Shown here: one piece after another, positions 44,169 to 56,897 of the stretch
Layout: each line of letters starts with the position of its first letter
Position numbering within the stretch: position 1 is the stretch's first letter
Assembly (NCBI GenBank): GCA_964016885.1
Contig: OZ024748.1
Coordinates: 50,344,001 to 50,408,000, forward strand
Direction: 5' to 3'
DNA length: 64,000 nucleotides
DNA from: Eledone cirrhosa
Taxonomy: Eukaryota
Notes under the pieces: generated by a model
Told to the model about the DNA's origin: nothing
Database searches by the model: none
Seen by the model: only the letters and a program-made list of their open reading frames with translations
Made by a program: the position numbers and the translations under genes

Positions 44169-44876
44169 GTACCCCTGTAGGGAGGGCTAGCCATGCCCTT
44201 TTCAGGACAGATCGTCCTGCATTGGGTCCCACCTGACATTCAGCTCTCACCCGTGGCCCCAATAAGCTGTAGCATGCGACATCGGCAACACCCCGGTAAA
44301 ACGCCTTGGCTGGCAGGCCGAACCGGGTTGAGGGTAGCCCGACGGGTCTGAAACCCCCCGGCGAGTTAGATAGGGGATGCCTGCCCCTGTATGCGAAGCC
44401 TAGACCCAGTGGAGTGAGTGGAGGAGGACAACATCGTCCCAACGGTCACAAAGGCGGCGACAGAAAGTGGTGTGGAGCGTTAGGGCACGGCAAGGCACTA
44501 CAGACGTCGTGGCCATCCACTGCAGCCAAGGATGTCCCTGGTCGTGATGGTCCTCCATACCACCGGATTCTGGCTTCTGCGGCCGAGTGAGTGGGACTGT
44601 CACTGTGCACTGGCCCTCCCACTATAATCCTTCCCCGCACAGGTTTCTTCTTTAGCGTGCACTCCCAAAGCCCTGAGCGATGGGCGAGAGGTGGAGGTAA
44701 CAGGTGGAGGTAACCTCTGGGAGCTACCAGTCTAACTCGGGTCTCTTCCCCTGCCCCCACTGTCCCCGGACCTGCAAGTCAAGGATCGGCCTCCACAGCC
44801 ACCTTCGTGCCCCCGGCAGACGGGAACAACAATAAAGAGGATGTCATCATCGTTTACGATGGACAACCAAGAAAAG
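44162..44876 (+). mobile_element. Internally deleted RTE-like unit B (GC-rich 5' UTR-like region + C-terminal zinc finger + 3' tail)
   Basis: 44743-44835 encodes LFPCPHCPRTCKSRIGLHSHLRAPGRREQQ*, an RTE-type terminal finger. It is followed by the short tail GTCATCATCGTTTACGATGGACAACCAAGAA. No RT sequence is present. Confidence 0.65.
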
Positions 44877-45097
44877 TTGACATATTTGTGTGAGTTCGTG
44901 TGTTTATGTATTTGTGCATGTGTGTATATGTGTAGTGTTATGCGTGAGTTACTAAATCTCTGTATGTGTGTGATTGCTAAGGTTTCGAGGTTAATACAGA
45001 TAAAACTACACTTCAGTTCCATAAACTTCTCTCCTGTCTCCTCACCACCTGACTCTCTTTCTTTCTCCCTCTTTTTCCGTTTGTTTTTCTCTACCAA

Positions 45098-45196
<99 letters not shown>

Positions 45197-45202
45197 CTAT
45201 AT

Positions 45203-45635
45203 ATTTGATTTGTCTGTGGCTATGGTAAAAGAGATTATATGGTGGATCAGATTGAGAGGACTGAGGACAGATGCCTTTCTCTCCGGACAACAACTCATTC
45301 CCTTCTTTAGGTACCATTTTAGAAGGTGAATCAGAGTGGAGAGAGAAGCACTGCACCCCAGTAAATTTACTGAAAGGTAGGTGAATGAAGCGAAAATGGC
45401 CCGAGTGATAAAATGGCCCTCTATATAAACCTGTAGGTTAAAGAAGAGAGCAAAAGGTAGAAAGGAGTACTTGCACAACACGCTCCTGAAGTTGAGGGTC
45501 GTTCTATCGACGAGGTATTAAACAACCCATTTGTAACGCCTCCCCCTATTGGGGATTTCGATTGTTAAATTTGTTTGTTTTAATAAATTTTTTACACGAC
45601 TGTATGTAAAATCCCCGGCATGTATCTTTGTATTG
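45203..45635 (+). mobile_element. Diverged 3' fragment of a related Tx1-type LINE
   Basis: Encodes VAMVKEIIWWIRLRGLRTDAFLSGQQLIPFFRYHFRR, homologous to the ORF2 C-terminus at ~51130-51240. It is followed by 3' UTR sequence, with TATC repeats on both sides. Confidence 0.88.
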
Positions 45636-45649
45636 TATTTATCTATCTA

Positions 45650-45779
<130 letters not shown>

Positions 45780-46031
45780 GAGCTATCTATCTATCTATAT
45801 CTATCTCTCTCTACGATGGACACATGTGCTGAGCTCGCTCGGTAAGTTTTTGTTTAAATTCATACGGAAATTGTAAACTGTAAACTTTCATTTTTGTATC
45901 ATTTTGTAGAGGGACTGCCAGGTCAAATTTTGATCTGGTCGGTCTCTCAAAATATTCTGCGCCTTTGGGCGAAATAGTATTGTGAACATTTTATCTTTCG
46001 AAAAACTTCGAAAAACCCTATTTTGAGAAAA

Positions 46032-46211
46032 ATGGCTGAATCATCTTCACCATCAATCAAAGAAGGAAAGGGGAAGTCATACTCACAGCTTCCCCCTGCC
46101 ACTGTCACAGCAGCAGATGCCAAAGGCAGAGGTCAGAGAGAGGAAGAATTGTCTTCACCTGTTGACCGACCACTAGATGTAGCCACAACTACACAAGAAT
46201 TTGAAAACAAC

Positions 46212-46242
<31 letters not shown>

Positions 46243-47888
46243 GCAACAATAAAGACAGCAAAAACAACAACAACACAAACGTCACAAGTATCCACACACG
46301 AAACGAGAAAGACAACAACAACAACAAAGATGAAAACAACTCAAACGACGAGAAACAAAACAATACTAATATCCAAAACGAAAACAAAATATCTTTTGCA
46401 CAAACGGCTAAATTATCAGTCGCTTATGTGCTGGAAGATATTTCAAAAGCAAAAGAAATGCTGGAAAAAGCCAAGAAATATGTGTCTTTTGGCGAAAACG
46501 GATCGTTTTCTATACATTCACCTCCGGAGCTAAAAAGACAGACGGAATTACGAACTGTCGTATTCCGAACAATTTTAAATAAAACAAAGAAACCAGCGCA
46601 ACCATCTCAAGCAGAAACTCAGTTAGTCTTGAAAGACGCGATGAGAGACATCACTTTCATACAAAAGGATAAACTCTATGGGAGTTTATCCATATTGATG
46701 AAAGACGAATTGGCGGCAAAAAAATACTCTGTGTCGCCAATTCGGTCCACACACTACACCTTCTTCCCCACCTACATGGGTAAAAAAACCCAGAGGATAT
46801 GGATAACCACCATCACCCCAAACATAAACTACTGGTGGTTACTAACCGGTTTCCTCAATTTAGACGAGGACAACCTCATCTCAATAGGGAAGGCATCCGG
46901 CGACGCGTTCAGTGGAACGAGCCTCGAAGTTCTGACCCAAATAAGGCCAGAACGCATCGCCCAAATCCCTGAGCGCGTCATGCTGGATGACCGTACCCAC
47001 CTCAACATTATTGTGGAGGGTAGGCGTCCCTCCTGTTACCTCTGTGGCAATAGAGGTCACCTGAGGGCTGCCTGTCCCCAGCTCACACAGAAAAAAACAC
47101 TGCTACCAACACCAACACCACCCCAACTACAACAACAAAAACAACCACAACAACAACAAAAACCAACAACCCCACCACCACCACCACAACAACAACAACA
47201 ACAACAAACACGTGAAAAAATAACACAGAATACTGTCCCACCCAATCCCTCCCCACCCAAAACAAATACAAAAACACGCACACCGCAAACACTACCAGTA
47301 AACATACCCCTCCCACCCAACAAGGAAGACGAACCTCTTTCGTCGCAAGACGAAAAAGATCCCTTCCAACAAGTAAAAAGAAAGAAGAGGAGACGCACCA
47401 CAGACACACATGTTAACTTTAACCCCCCCCAAGAGAACACAAACTACACACAAACCACCCCTCCCTGTCACACAACACTAACTGCTACACAAAAAAAGAC
47501 CTTACAATACACATACATGAACACAGACAACAAAGAATTACGGAAAACAATTTCAGCAAACCCTTCGGTCCAAACTGAAGGGCCAAACTTTATAACTGCT
47601 GTGGGACTACCTCATTTGAAAATGATAAAAGTCCCAATGCACTTGTACAAAACACTGAAAATAAATTTCACGGAGGACGTGGGCCCCCCCTGCGCCAAAC
47701 CAATCAACCGCGTCCTCCTAAAAAATTTCACCCCCCCACCTCACCCAGACACCCACTCAACGACAAACACCCCAACCCCACAACACACCGATGCCCCTTC
47801 ACTTCCACAAACCACAACCCCACCCAACAACCCATCCCCAACCAGCATGGAAATTGAGCGGCCCGTTTCCCGGGACGCAGAGAGGTAA
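46032..47888 (+). CDS. LINE ORF1 (gag-like nucleic-acid-binding protein with a CCHC zinc knuckle)
   Basis: Open frame of about 618 aa from the ATG at 46032. It contains CYLCGNRGHLRAAC (CX2CX4HX4C), N- and Q/P-rich low-complexity tracts and a basic KRKKRRR stretch, and it lies directly before ORF2. Confidence 0.88.
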
Positions 47889-47912
47889 GTGCCTTTTCTC
47901 TTTACCACCAAC

Positions 47913-50900
47913 ATGGCTGTGCTAAGAGTAGGGTGTCTAAATGCGCGTGGCCTGGGCTCGTCTTGGAAGCAAGCAATGCTTCTAAATGACCTCAGGTCAC
48001 AATCTATAAATGTGATGGTTATCTGCGAGGCCCGGATCAGCAGCATGCGACAGCTAGCCCCCACCTTTGACGACTTTGAGATGCACGCATCTCTCTGTCA
48101 GCCCGGAGGTGGGGGTGGGGTTGTCGTTCTGCTGCAAAAACATATGGGCCTTGCAACACAGATAGTTCACTTGGACCCAGGGGGTCGACTGGTGGTGCTG
48201 GACCTTGGCAGTGGTGAAGGTAGAGCCTTTAGGCTGATAGCCGCATATGCCCCTTTTGGGACAGAGCGGCCCGACTTTTTCCAGCGTCTGGAGTCTTTTC
48301 TAGGGACGTCCCGTTCCCTGCTTTTAGTGGGGGATTGGAATGGTATCCTGGATGCACGTTGGGACTATGCAGGGGCATGTCCCGATAGAGAGGGGTGCAA
48401 CAGCCTCAAGGGGTTACTCGGCCGATTTGACCTGGCCGATAGATTTCGACTAGATTTTCCGACGGTGCCAACCTGGTCTTGGTCAAATCGCAGCGGATCA
48501 TCTAGATCGTACCTAGATAGATTTTTAGTTAGAAATAAGGACAGGGACTTTTTAAGTTGTCCAGAAATGCTCATGGTTGGCTATTCAGACCACAAGTTGG
48601 TGACCTGCATGGTCAACCTTGATAGAACGCATAGACAGGGCCCCGGTTACTGGAAGCTCAACTTGTCCTTGCCGGCAAGTAGAGCCTACAGGAATCGGAT
48701 TAGTACGTTAGTTAAGGAACGGTTGACTGGAGCGATCGTCAACAGCAGGTGGTGGGTATCTCTAAAGAGAGAGATTAGAGTAGTCTCGATTGAATTTAGT
48801 AAGGTTCTAGCTGCGGATAGGAATAGGAAGGAAAGGGAGCTAATAGATAGAGTAGAAGAGGCAATTAGAAGCGGCGACGTGGCCAGAGTGCTAGCGTCGA
48901 GAACGGCTTTGAGCCAGTTTTTCGACGCGAAGCACGAAGGCTGCGTTGTCCGAAGTAAAATACGTGCTCTAGGGAACGAGGGGGCCAAAGCTGTTAGCTG
49001 GGCCCGCGTGACAGAGGCCAACAGTGGAACTAAATCCACCATCCGGTCTTTGCGAGACCTGGATGGACGGGCGATTCTTGAGCCTAAGCAGATGTGTGAG
49101 GCCTTTCAAAGGCACTTTGCCCGACTGTTCGGGAGGGGCGGGGAGCCGGTTGGAAACGTGGACTTCGGTCCATACCTCGACGGCCTGCCGCGCCTCTCGG
49201 ACAGGGAGGCGAAGTCTTGCGAGGAGCCGATTTCGGCCGCTGAGATAGAGGACGTGCTGGGCCAATGCGGCAAACGCAAATCCCCGGGTCTCGATGGTCT
49301 TCCTTACGAATTATATCTAGCTATGCCGGACTTGTTCCCCGATCTCCTCGAGGCGGTCTACTGCGACTGGCAACAGAACGGGAGAATTCCCTGTACTGTG
49401 ACCAAGGGCGTAGTCACGCTAGTGAGGAAGGACGAGAACAAGGGGGACGAAATAAGTAACTTCAGGCCCATAACTCTGCTAAATACAGAGTTACAGATTT
49501 TGGCCAAGGTGCTAGCAAAGAGGTTGGCGCTTGTCGTGGGCAACCTGGTGGGAGATGCGCAGGCATGCGCTATCCCGTCCAGGTCCATCCATGACAACCT
49601 CCACCTCATGCGATACATCATAGAGAGGGTTGGGAACGAACCCGGCTTTGGTGGGGCTCTGATCAACTTGGATCAATCTAAGGCGTTCGATAGGGTCGAC
49701 CATGGTTACCTGAATGCGGTGCTAGCGGCGGCAGGCTTCGGACCCGTTTTCAGGGGCTGGATCACTGCTATGCACAGCAGCCGCATCTGCTCTAGGGTCA
49801 AGGTGAACGGCTACCTCTCGGAGCCGTTCAAAATCGCGCGGTCCATCCGACAAGGGTGCCCTCTCTCCTCCCTTCTGTATGTGTTGACTCTCGAGCCACT
49901 ACTGCGGAAGTTGGAGTTGTTGCAGGGCATCCCTTTGGAACCGGGATTGCGGAAAGCGGTGTCGGCCTACGCCGATGATGTGACAGTAATGGTGTCGACG
50001 GCCTCCGAAATCGAGGCGGTCGGCACCTTACTGGAGGAGTACGAAAAGTTCACAGGGGCTAAGCTGAACCGGGACAAGTCGATCGGTTTGCAACTCGGCA
50101 CGTGGAGGGGCAGACCGATGCCCTCCGATGGCGTCGTCGGACGCTGGACGGAGGGCCCGGTGAAGTTGCTCGGGGTCTGGTTCGGACCGGACCTCCAGGT
50201 GGAGAAAAACTGGGCGGAGGTTACGAACAGGGTGTTTGCACTGACCCAGAAGTGGGCCAGTTGCAAACTATCCCTGAAAGGTCGGGCGGAGGTGGCGAAC
50301 ACTTATATAGCGTCCGTCATCTACTACCGCCTGACCGTAGTGCCCTGCCCAAGGGAAACCCTCACCAAGATGGAGCGCGCGCTCTTCCAATTCCTTTGGA
50401 AGGGGCGGGCTCCTATGGTGAGGAGATCCATCTGCTGTCAACACCCTTCGAAAGGAGGGCTGGGGATGCCGTGGCTAATGATGCGTAAACACGCATTAAG
50501 GCTACGGCACCTCTACGTATTCCTCACCGGACAACCGGTGTGGGCCTCGTTTGTGAGACGAACCTTTCCCAGACTCGTCTCACTCACCGAGCTGCAATCC
50601 TGGGTCAAGCAAAGACCGAGAAAACTGGGCGCCTGGCACACTGAGTGTGCCCAGGCGCTCACCGCCCTCTGGCAAGCGGATCCGGTTATCAGTGGAGACT
50701 CCACCGCAACATTCTATAGAGGGCTGGTACGCAGCAGGTGCGACGACGCCCTCGGAGAAGCCCTAGACATGGAGGAGGACGAACTGGCCAGCCTGTTCGG
50801 TAGGACATTCAGCCCGGGACCTATGGACAACTTCCAGAAGTCCCTGGCCTGGCAGTGCTACCGAGGGGCTTTACCCGTTCGAGAAAGGCTCTACAGACAC

Positions 50901-51350
50901 GGGCGCCCGGGTAGGGACCCCGCCAAAAAGATCTGTCCCAGATGCGTGTGCGACGAGGAAACCGTTGCACGCGCATTGGTACACTGCTCGGGCGTAGCCG
51001 ATCTGTGGGGCTATGTCGAACAACTGCTGTCAAGGGTGGGACCGATCCGGTTGACCACCGAGTCTATTGTAATGATCAAGCCGCCTCCCCCCTTCAAAGA
51101 TGAAGCAGAGGCGGTGTTTCTGTGCGTAATAGCCATGGCGAAAGAGGTTGTATGGTGGACGCGTCTGAAAGGACTGAGGTCAGGCACCTTTCTCTCTGGC
51201 CAACAACTGGTCCGTTTCTTCCGATATCATTTCGGAAGAAGGATCAGGATGGAGAGAGAGGTGCTGCACCCCAGTCGTTTTTATGAAAGGTGGGTGAAAG
51301 TGGCGAGAATGGCCCGTGTGAATGGGCCTTCTCTTTACATAAGCCTGTAG
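47913..51350 (+). CDS. LINE ORF2: APE endonuclease + reverse transcriptase + C-terminal Cys motif (L1/Tx1 type)
   Basis: APE motifs CLNARGL, GDWN, YLDRF and SDH. GPGYWKLN follows. RT motifs KSPGLDG, NFRPITLLN, LDQSKAFDRVDH, IRQGCPLS and AYADD. Then KGGLGMP and a C-terminal CPRC..ETVARALVHC. First ATG is at 47913 (the track starts at GTG 47889). Confidence 0.96.
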   Translation: MAVLRVGCLNARGLGSSWKQAMLLNDLRSQSINVMVICEARISSMRQLAPTFDDFEMHASLCQPGGGGGVVVLLQKHMGLATQIVHLDPGGRLVVLDLGSGEGRAFRLIAAYAPFGTERPDFFQRLESFLGTSRSLLLVGDWNGILDARWDYAGACPDREGCNSLKGLLGRFDLADRFRLDFPTVPTWSWSNRSGSSRSYLDRFLVRNKDRDFLSCPEMLMVGYSDHKLVTCMVNLDRTHRQGPGYWKLNLSLPASRAYRNRISTLVKERLTGAIVNSRWWVSLKREIRVVSIEFSKVLAADRNRKERELIDRVEEAIRSGDVARVLASRTALSQFFDAKHEGCVVRSKIRALGNEGAKAVSWARVTEANSGTKSTIRSLRDLDGRAILEPKQMCEAFQRHFARLFGRGGEPVGNVDFGPYLDGLPRLSDREAKSCEEPISAAEIEDVLGQCGKRKSPGLDGLPYELYLAMPDLFPDLLEAVYCDWQQNGRIPCTVTKGVVTLVRKDENKGDEISNFRPITLLNTELQILAKVLAKRLALVVGNLVGDAQACAIPSRSIHDNLHLMRYIIERVGNEPGFGGALINLDQSKAFDRVDHGYLNAVLAAAGFGPVFRGWITAMHSSRICSRVKVNGYLSEPFKIARSIRQGCPLSSLLYVLTLEPLLRKLELLQGIPLEPGLRKAVSAYADDVTVMVSTASEIEAVGTLLEEYEKFTGAKLNRDKSIGLQLGTWRGRPMPSDGVVGRWTEGPVKLLGVWFGPDLQVEKNWAEVTNRVFALTQKWASCKLSLKGRAEVANTYIASVIYYRLTVVPCPRETLTKMERALFQFLWKGRAPMVRRSICCQHPSKGGLGMPWLMMRKHALRLRHLYVFLTGQPVWASFVRRTFPRLVSLTELQSWVKQRPRKLGAWHTECAQALTALWQADPVISGDSTATFYRGLVRSRCDDALGEALDMEEDELASLFGRTFSPGPMDNFQKSLAWQCYRGALPVRERLYRHGRPGRDPAKKICPRCVCDEETVARALVHCSGVADLWGYVEQLLSRVGPIRLTTESIVMIKPPPPFKDEAEAVFLCVIAMAKEVVWWTRLKGLRSGTFLSGQQLVRFFRYHFGRRIRMEREVLHPSRFYERWVKVARMARVNGPSLYISL

Positions 51351-52299
51351 GTGGAAAAGAGGAAGGAACGAGGGAGCACCCCCTCTCTGTGCTCCTGAGG
51401 AAAAGGGTTGCACACTTTTTTCGGGGGTGTGTGCGACCCCCCAAGGCGCCTCCTCTCTATTGAGGATTTTGTTAAAAATTTTATTTTTGTTATATCTTAT
51501 TTTATTTTTATATTTTGTTATTGCCTCCTCCTTATTGAGGACGCCTTTTTGTGTAAACTCCCCCCTTTGTACTTGTCCCACTTTTGATGCCCTAGTGGCA
51601 AATAAAAGAAACTTATCTATCTATCTATATATCTATCTATCTATCTAAAGAAAGATATCTATGTATCCTCTAAGCTCGACATCCTTATCTCTGTTCCCAT
51701 TAACATACATTCTGTTCTTTAACCTTTTCTCTCATGTTAACTCATATTTCACTCTCCTTACCGGACAGAGAAAGTCCCATTACCTAAATGATTAATTTTG
51801 GTGAAGAAATGCACGGGAAATAACTCTGCAATCTAATTCACTGAAATTAATGAAGAACTAGAACATAATCCGTTGTTTTACGAACGGATTATGTAATATA
51901 CGGCTTCATTAACAATCTTCAACAAAGCTATAATTGTTGATTATATATACTTGTATATGTACATATCCGCCTGCTTGTATATATACTACTACATCTCTGT
52001 GGTTGTGTGCTTGTCTCTCATTTAATACAGCCAAAACGCCGCATAATGGAAAATAGTTTGAAAGGAAGTGGCCCCTGAAATGGGAATACAAATGGAATAA
52101 AACAAGTTTCGCGTAAATCGGAGAACGTATTCCCGAGATACGGGGTTTTTCCGGCTCCTTTCATGAATACAGAGAGGGAAAGAAATAGAGAAAGAGATAG
52201 TTGTTGTGTATATATATATGTGTGTGTGTGTGTGTTTGACCACCTCCCCCGACATATTTATACGTATATATACGTATACACACACAGACACAGACACAC

Positions 52300-52369
<70 letters not shown>

Positions 52370-52616
52370 GGGTCTTCCAATTTCACTTTACATTATATAC
52401 ATATATATGTATATTTTAATTATTTAAACATTATTTCTAAGTGAACATGATTTAATTATTTAATTATATAATCATATATTTTGGTAGCATCTATAAAATA
52501 ATATGAGATTTAAGAATCTATTGAAGTGGCAGAATACCAATTTAAAATTTAAAAAAATTGAGATATACAACTAATTATTGGATCTATTCAAATCATGAGT
52601 TATAATATTATATAGC

Positions 52617-52762
52617 CGCCGACGACCCGACCATGCGACAGGTTGTACTGGGTTACATGTTACCAGTAGCATCCAAGAGTGACCCGACATACATATATAT
52701 ATATATAAAAGAAACTTTTCGCTCTACATCTTACCAGTAGCACTCAAGAGTGACCCGACATA
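52617..52762 (-). mobile_element. Short inverted copy of the 5' end of RTE-like unit A plus a partial duplicate
   Basis: The reverse complement matches 43567-43640 (GCTACTGGTAACATGTA.CCCAGTACAACCTGTC.CATGGTCGGGTCG). TTACCAGTAGCA..CAAGAGTGACCCGACATA repeats at ~52731-52762. Confidence 0.7.
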
Positions 52763-52975
52763 TGTATATATATATATATATATTAAATTAAATTAAGGGA
52801 GTCATGTCCGAGACATGCGCCATATCCACCGTAGAATAAGCTCAAAGATTCCAATGAATAGATCCGAGCATTTTATATCAACTAGAAATTGATTGACATG
52901 TGTTTATTTTATTGTTTCATGTGATTGTTTCATGTGTTTATTTTAAACATATATATTTCAATCAATTTCTAGTTG

Positions 52976-53054
<79 letters not shown>

Positions 53055-53655
53055 CACACACATATATATATATTTATATATATATATTTATTTAGGTTTG
53101 TTGGTTCACCACTGGATAGAATTGGTCATTCCGTATGGTCAATCTTGATGTAATATTATGGAGAGTACTCAACGTAGTGCATTTCACCCGTCTTCGTTTG
53201 TGTAGTTGGCGGAGTTAATTATTATAAATAAAATAACAGGAGACTGGATTGGTGTAAATCCTTGAAAAGTTTATTGTACTATGAATCCGGTGATATCATC
53301 AGGTATTCGAAATATAACAAAAGAATATATAAAAAATCCATGGGTCCGAAAATCAGAGACAGAGAGGACGACTGACCAACTAGCTGCTTTCACCTCGGTC
53401 AGTCGTCCTCAAGTATATTTATATCTATATATATATATATATACAAGTATATATATATATATATATACAAATGGATGTTTAGTAAAATCGTGGTTTCAGC
53501 GGTGGCCAAGCTAGAGATATACAATTAGGTTTGTGCAGCAAAGCACTCAATAGGGTGTATCACCCGAGTGTAATTAACATACGTTAGATAGCGTGACGAC
53601 ATAATACACCAAAACAACGAAAATACGTTCAGGTTGTTTATATATATATATATAC

Positions 53656-53742
<87 letters not shown>

Positions 53743-53845
53743 TATATATATATATAAACAACCACCAACACCGATAGCATCCCATCAATAACACTACTAC
53801 CACCACTACTACTACCACTTCTTATGCTACTACAACTAACAACAT

Positions 53846-53892
<47 letters not shown>

Positions 53893-54532
53893 TTACTACT
53901 ACTACTAATACTACTACTAATACTACTACTACTACCACTACTATTACTATTACTACTACTACCACTACTTCTGCTACTACTACTACTAACAACATTACTA
54001 CTACTACTACTACTACTAATATTATCAATGTTTTCAGGTTTTCAAGGGAGTTTCTGTTATTCCCTTCAATTATTTCTTTTGTTTCTCTGATGTGACCCTT
54101 TGTTTGTTTCACAACATTGTCTGTGTGACAACAATGGCTGCTGCCACACAACAGAATGACAATATGGCGGCTGTAACATCTATAGACAGACAGACGATGT
54201 ATGTGTACTGTGTAGTGTGTGGTATGCGAGATTGGGTGCAGGGTGGTTGGTTTGACGAAGTGAGGCGTGAGGTGCGCTTTTAATATGACAACGTAGAAGA
54301 GGTAGAGGAGAAAGGGGAGGTAAACATTAAAAAAAAGCGAAAGGAATGAACATAGAGGCGATGAGGATGGGGTGTATGGTAAATGGAAAAATATGATCGG
54401 GGTTTTATATATATAAAATATATGAGACTGAAAATAGGAGGGAAGAGTTGATAATTAGAGTGTAGCGGCCAAGTGAGAATTATTGCTAGTTTATATATAC
54501 TGTGAGTGTGGGTGGGTATATATATATATATA

Positions 54533-54598
<66 letters not shown>

Positions 54599-55144
54599 CA
54601 GAAGTAGTGGTAGTAGTAGTGGTGGTAGTAGTGTTATTGATGGTACGCTATCGGTGCTGGTGGTAGTGCTGGGTATCGTGGTGTTGGAGATGGTGGCAGT
54701 GGTAGTGATGTTATGTTGTTGTTGGTGATGGTGGTGGTAGTAGTGGTATTGATGGTATACTGTCGGTTGTGGTGGCGGTGGGTGTGGTGGCGTTGATGGT
54801 TGTGGTAATGATGTGTGGCCGATGTGGTGATGGTGGTGGTCGTACTGATATTGATGGTATGCTGTTGTAGTGATGGTGGTGATGATGACAGTGGTTGTAG
54901 TGATAGCAGTCGTTGTGATGTTGGTTGTGGTAATAGTTGTGATCGTAGTGGAGGTGATAGTAGTGTGCTGAAAGTTGTAGATGTGATGGTGGTGGTACTG
55001 ATGTTGGTGGCGTCGGAGTTTGTGGTGTTAACATTGGTGGTGGTGATGGCAATGATGATTTTAGTGTTGATTGTAGTAATGATATTAAAATGTTATAATC
55101 GTAAGCTGTGATCATATCACAACTATCTCGAAAGCCATGTGACA

Positions 55145-55190
55145 ACACCAAACACCAGTGTTTCAGGGTTTTATCCATCATCAGTGATGT
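55145..55190 (-). ncRNA. Hammerhead-like motif
   Basis: The reverse complement reads ACATCA-CTGATGA-TGGATAAAACCCT-GAA-ACAC-TG-GTGT-T-TGGTGT. Stems I and III pair but stem II is weak. A fragment of it recurs at ~39599-39622. Confidence 0.5.
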
Positions 55191-56317
55191 TTACTCATTT
55201 GATATTGAGACAAGAATAAGCTACAGCTTATATACATTTTACATGTAAAACATCTACTGTGTATCTCTATTCTTATGTTTACATTCCATTTGATGATGTT
55301 CCACATCCTAGCAGTTGGAATGGCTCGTCCAGGGCATCTCCCTTATCATGCACCGGGGAAACGCCTGCTCCATTCTGTCTGCCAAGGCTGTGGGGCGGCC
55401 AGCACGTGGGGCCCCATTTGCTCATTATACAGAGAGATGGGGGGGGGGGGTGACGGTGGGAGTTCGGCCCTTCTGTGTTCGGACACATTGCACCTGTCAT
55501 GAGAACAGTATAGGACGTCACGCCATTCTGAGTTCAAATCCCGCCGAGGTTAACTTTGCCTTTCATCCCTACGGGGTCGATAAAATAAAGTACCAGTAAT
55601 ACACTGGATAATTGCTGGCCTTGTACCTAAAGTAGAAACAATTATAGGACGTCATGCACAAACTCATTCAGTACATGCTATTGGCTTTAAGAATAAATCT
55701 TTGATTTACCTTTAACTGCGTTACTACCCAGCAGTTTGACAAATAGCGATCAATAAAACAAAAGTGTAGCGATGATAGTACTGCTGGTTGTAGTGGTGGT
55801 GGTGTTAATGGTATCGTGATGGTAGCGGTAATGGTAATTCTAGTAGTGGTGGTGGTGTTACTAGTATTGGTAATGGTGATAACAGTTTTGCTACGGTTGT
55901 TGGGGTATCAATGCTATGTTGGTGGTAGTACTCGTGTTAGTGCTGGCGTTGCAGGTGTTACTAAGTTTGGTGGTTGTTGAGGTTGTTGAGGTTCGATTAG
56001 TGTTAGTGGTTGTGTTGGTTGTGGTATAGGTTTGATGAGTATTGATAGTAATATTAATGATAAATGGTATTTGGGGTTGGGTGGCAGGGAAAGTTGGTGA
56101 TAATAGTAGTAGTAATAGTATCAGTAGTAGCCATGTGTAGGTGGTATTGTTATGATGGTGATTGTGGTGTTACTAGTAGTAGTATTAATCAGTAGGTATA
56201 TTGGTAAGAATGGTAGGTGTGGTAGTGAATTAATGGTTAGCTTGAGAGGGTCAATGCATCGGAGTTGATGTTGGTGGTAGTGGTAGTAGTATCACTGGTC
56301 TGTTGGTTTTAGGGATA

Positions 56318-56897
56318 ATAATTGTTTCTACATTTGGCACAAGGCCAGCAATTATCCAGTGCATTACTGGTACTTTATTTTATCGACCCCGTAAGGAAGA
56401 AAGGCAAAGTTAACCTCAGCGGGATTTGAACTCAGAATGGCAAGGGCCATAACTCTATGCGTCAAAGCATGGCGTCCGACCATCTACCGATACTGCCAAT
56501 CCTCCAGTAATAATTGTTTCTACTTTTGGCACAAGGCCAGCAATTATCCCAGTGCATTACTGGTACTTTATTTTATCGACCCCGTAAGGAAGAAAGGCAA
56601 AGTTAACCTCAGCGGGATTTGAACTCAGAATGGCAAGGGCCATAACTCTATGCGTCAAAGCATGGCGTCCGACCATCTACCGATACTGCCAATCCTCCAG
56701 TAATAATTGTTTCTACTTTTGGCACAAGGCCAGCAATTATTCCAGTGCATTACTGGTACTTTATTTTATCGACCCCGTAAGGATGAAAGGCAAAGTCAAC
56801 CTCGGCGGGATTTGAACTCAGATCGTAAAGGGACGTAACTATGCTGGAAAGCATGGCGTCCGACTCTCTACTGATACTGCCAATTCACTGCAGTAAT
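56318..56897 (-). mobile_element. Three tandem SINE copies (193 bp period)
   Basis: The first two units are nearly identical (track ORFs at 56437 and 56630 are 193 nt apart). The third is more diverged. Confidence 0.85.

Larger units (their letters stand above)
45812..51612 (+). mobile_element. Apparently full-length L1/Tx1-clade non-LTR retrotransposon flanked by (TATC)n
   Basis: About 220 nt of 5' UTR, two long open ORFs, and a 3' UTR ending GTGGCAAATAAAAGAAAC that runs into TATC repeats. A (TATC)n tract also lies directly upstream (45640-45805). Confidence 0.93.

Noticed and set aside
48365-51033. Antisense and alternative-frame ORFs inside LINE ORF2
   Set aside because: These are expected by-products of GC-rich coding sequence.
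54133-54172. YY1-like ATGGC(G/T)GC motifs (also 25935 on the - strand)
   Set aside because: They are short matches with no other promoter evidence.
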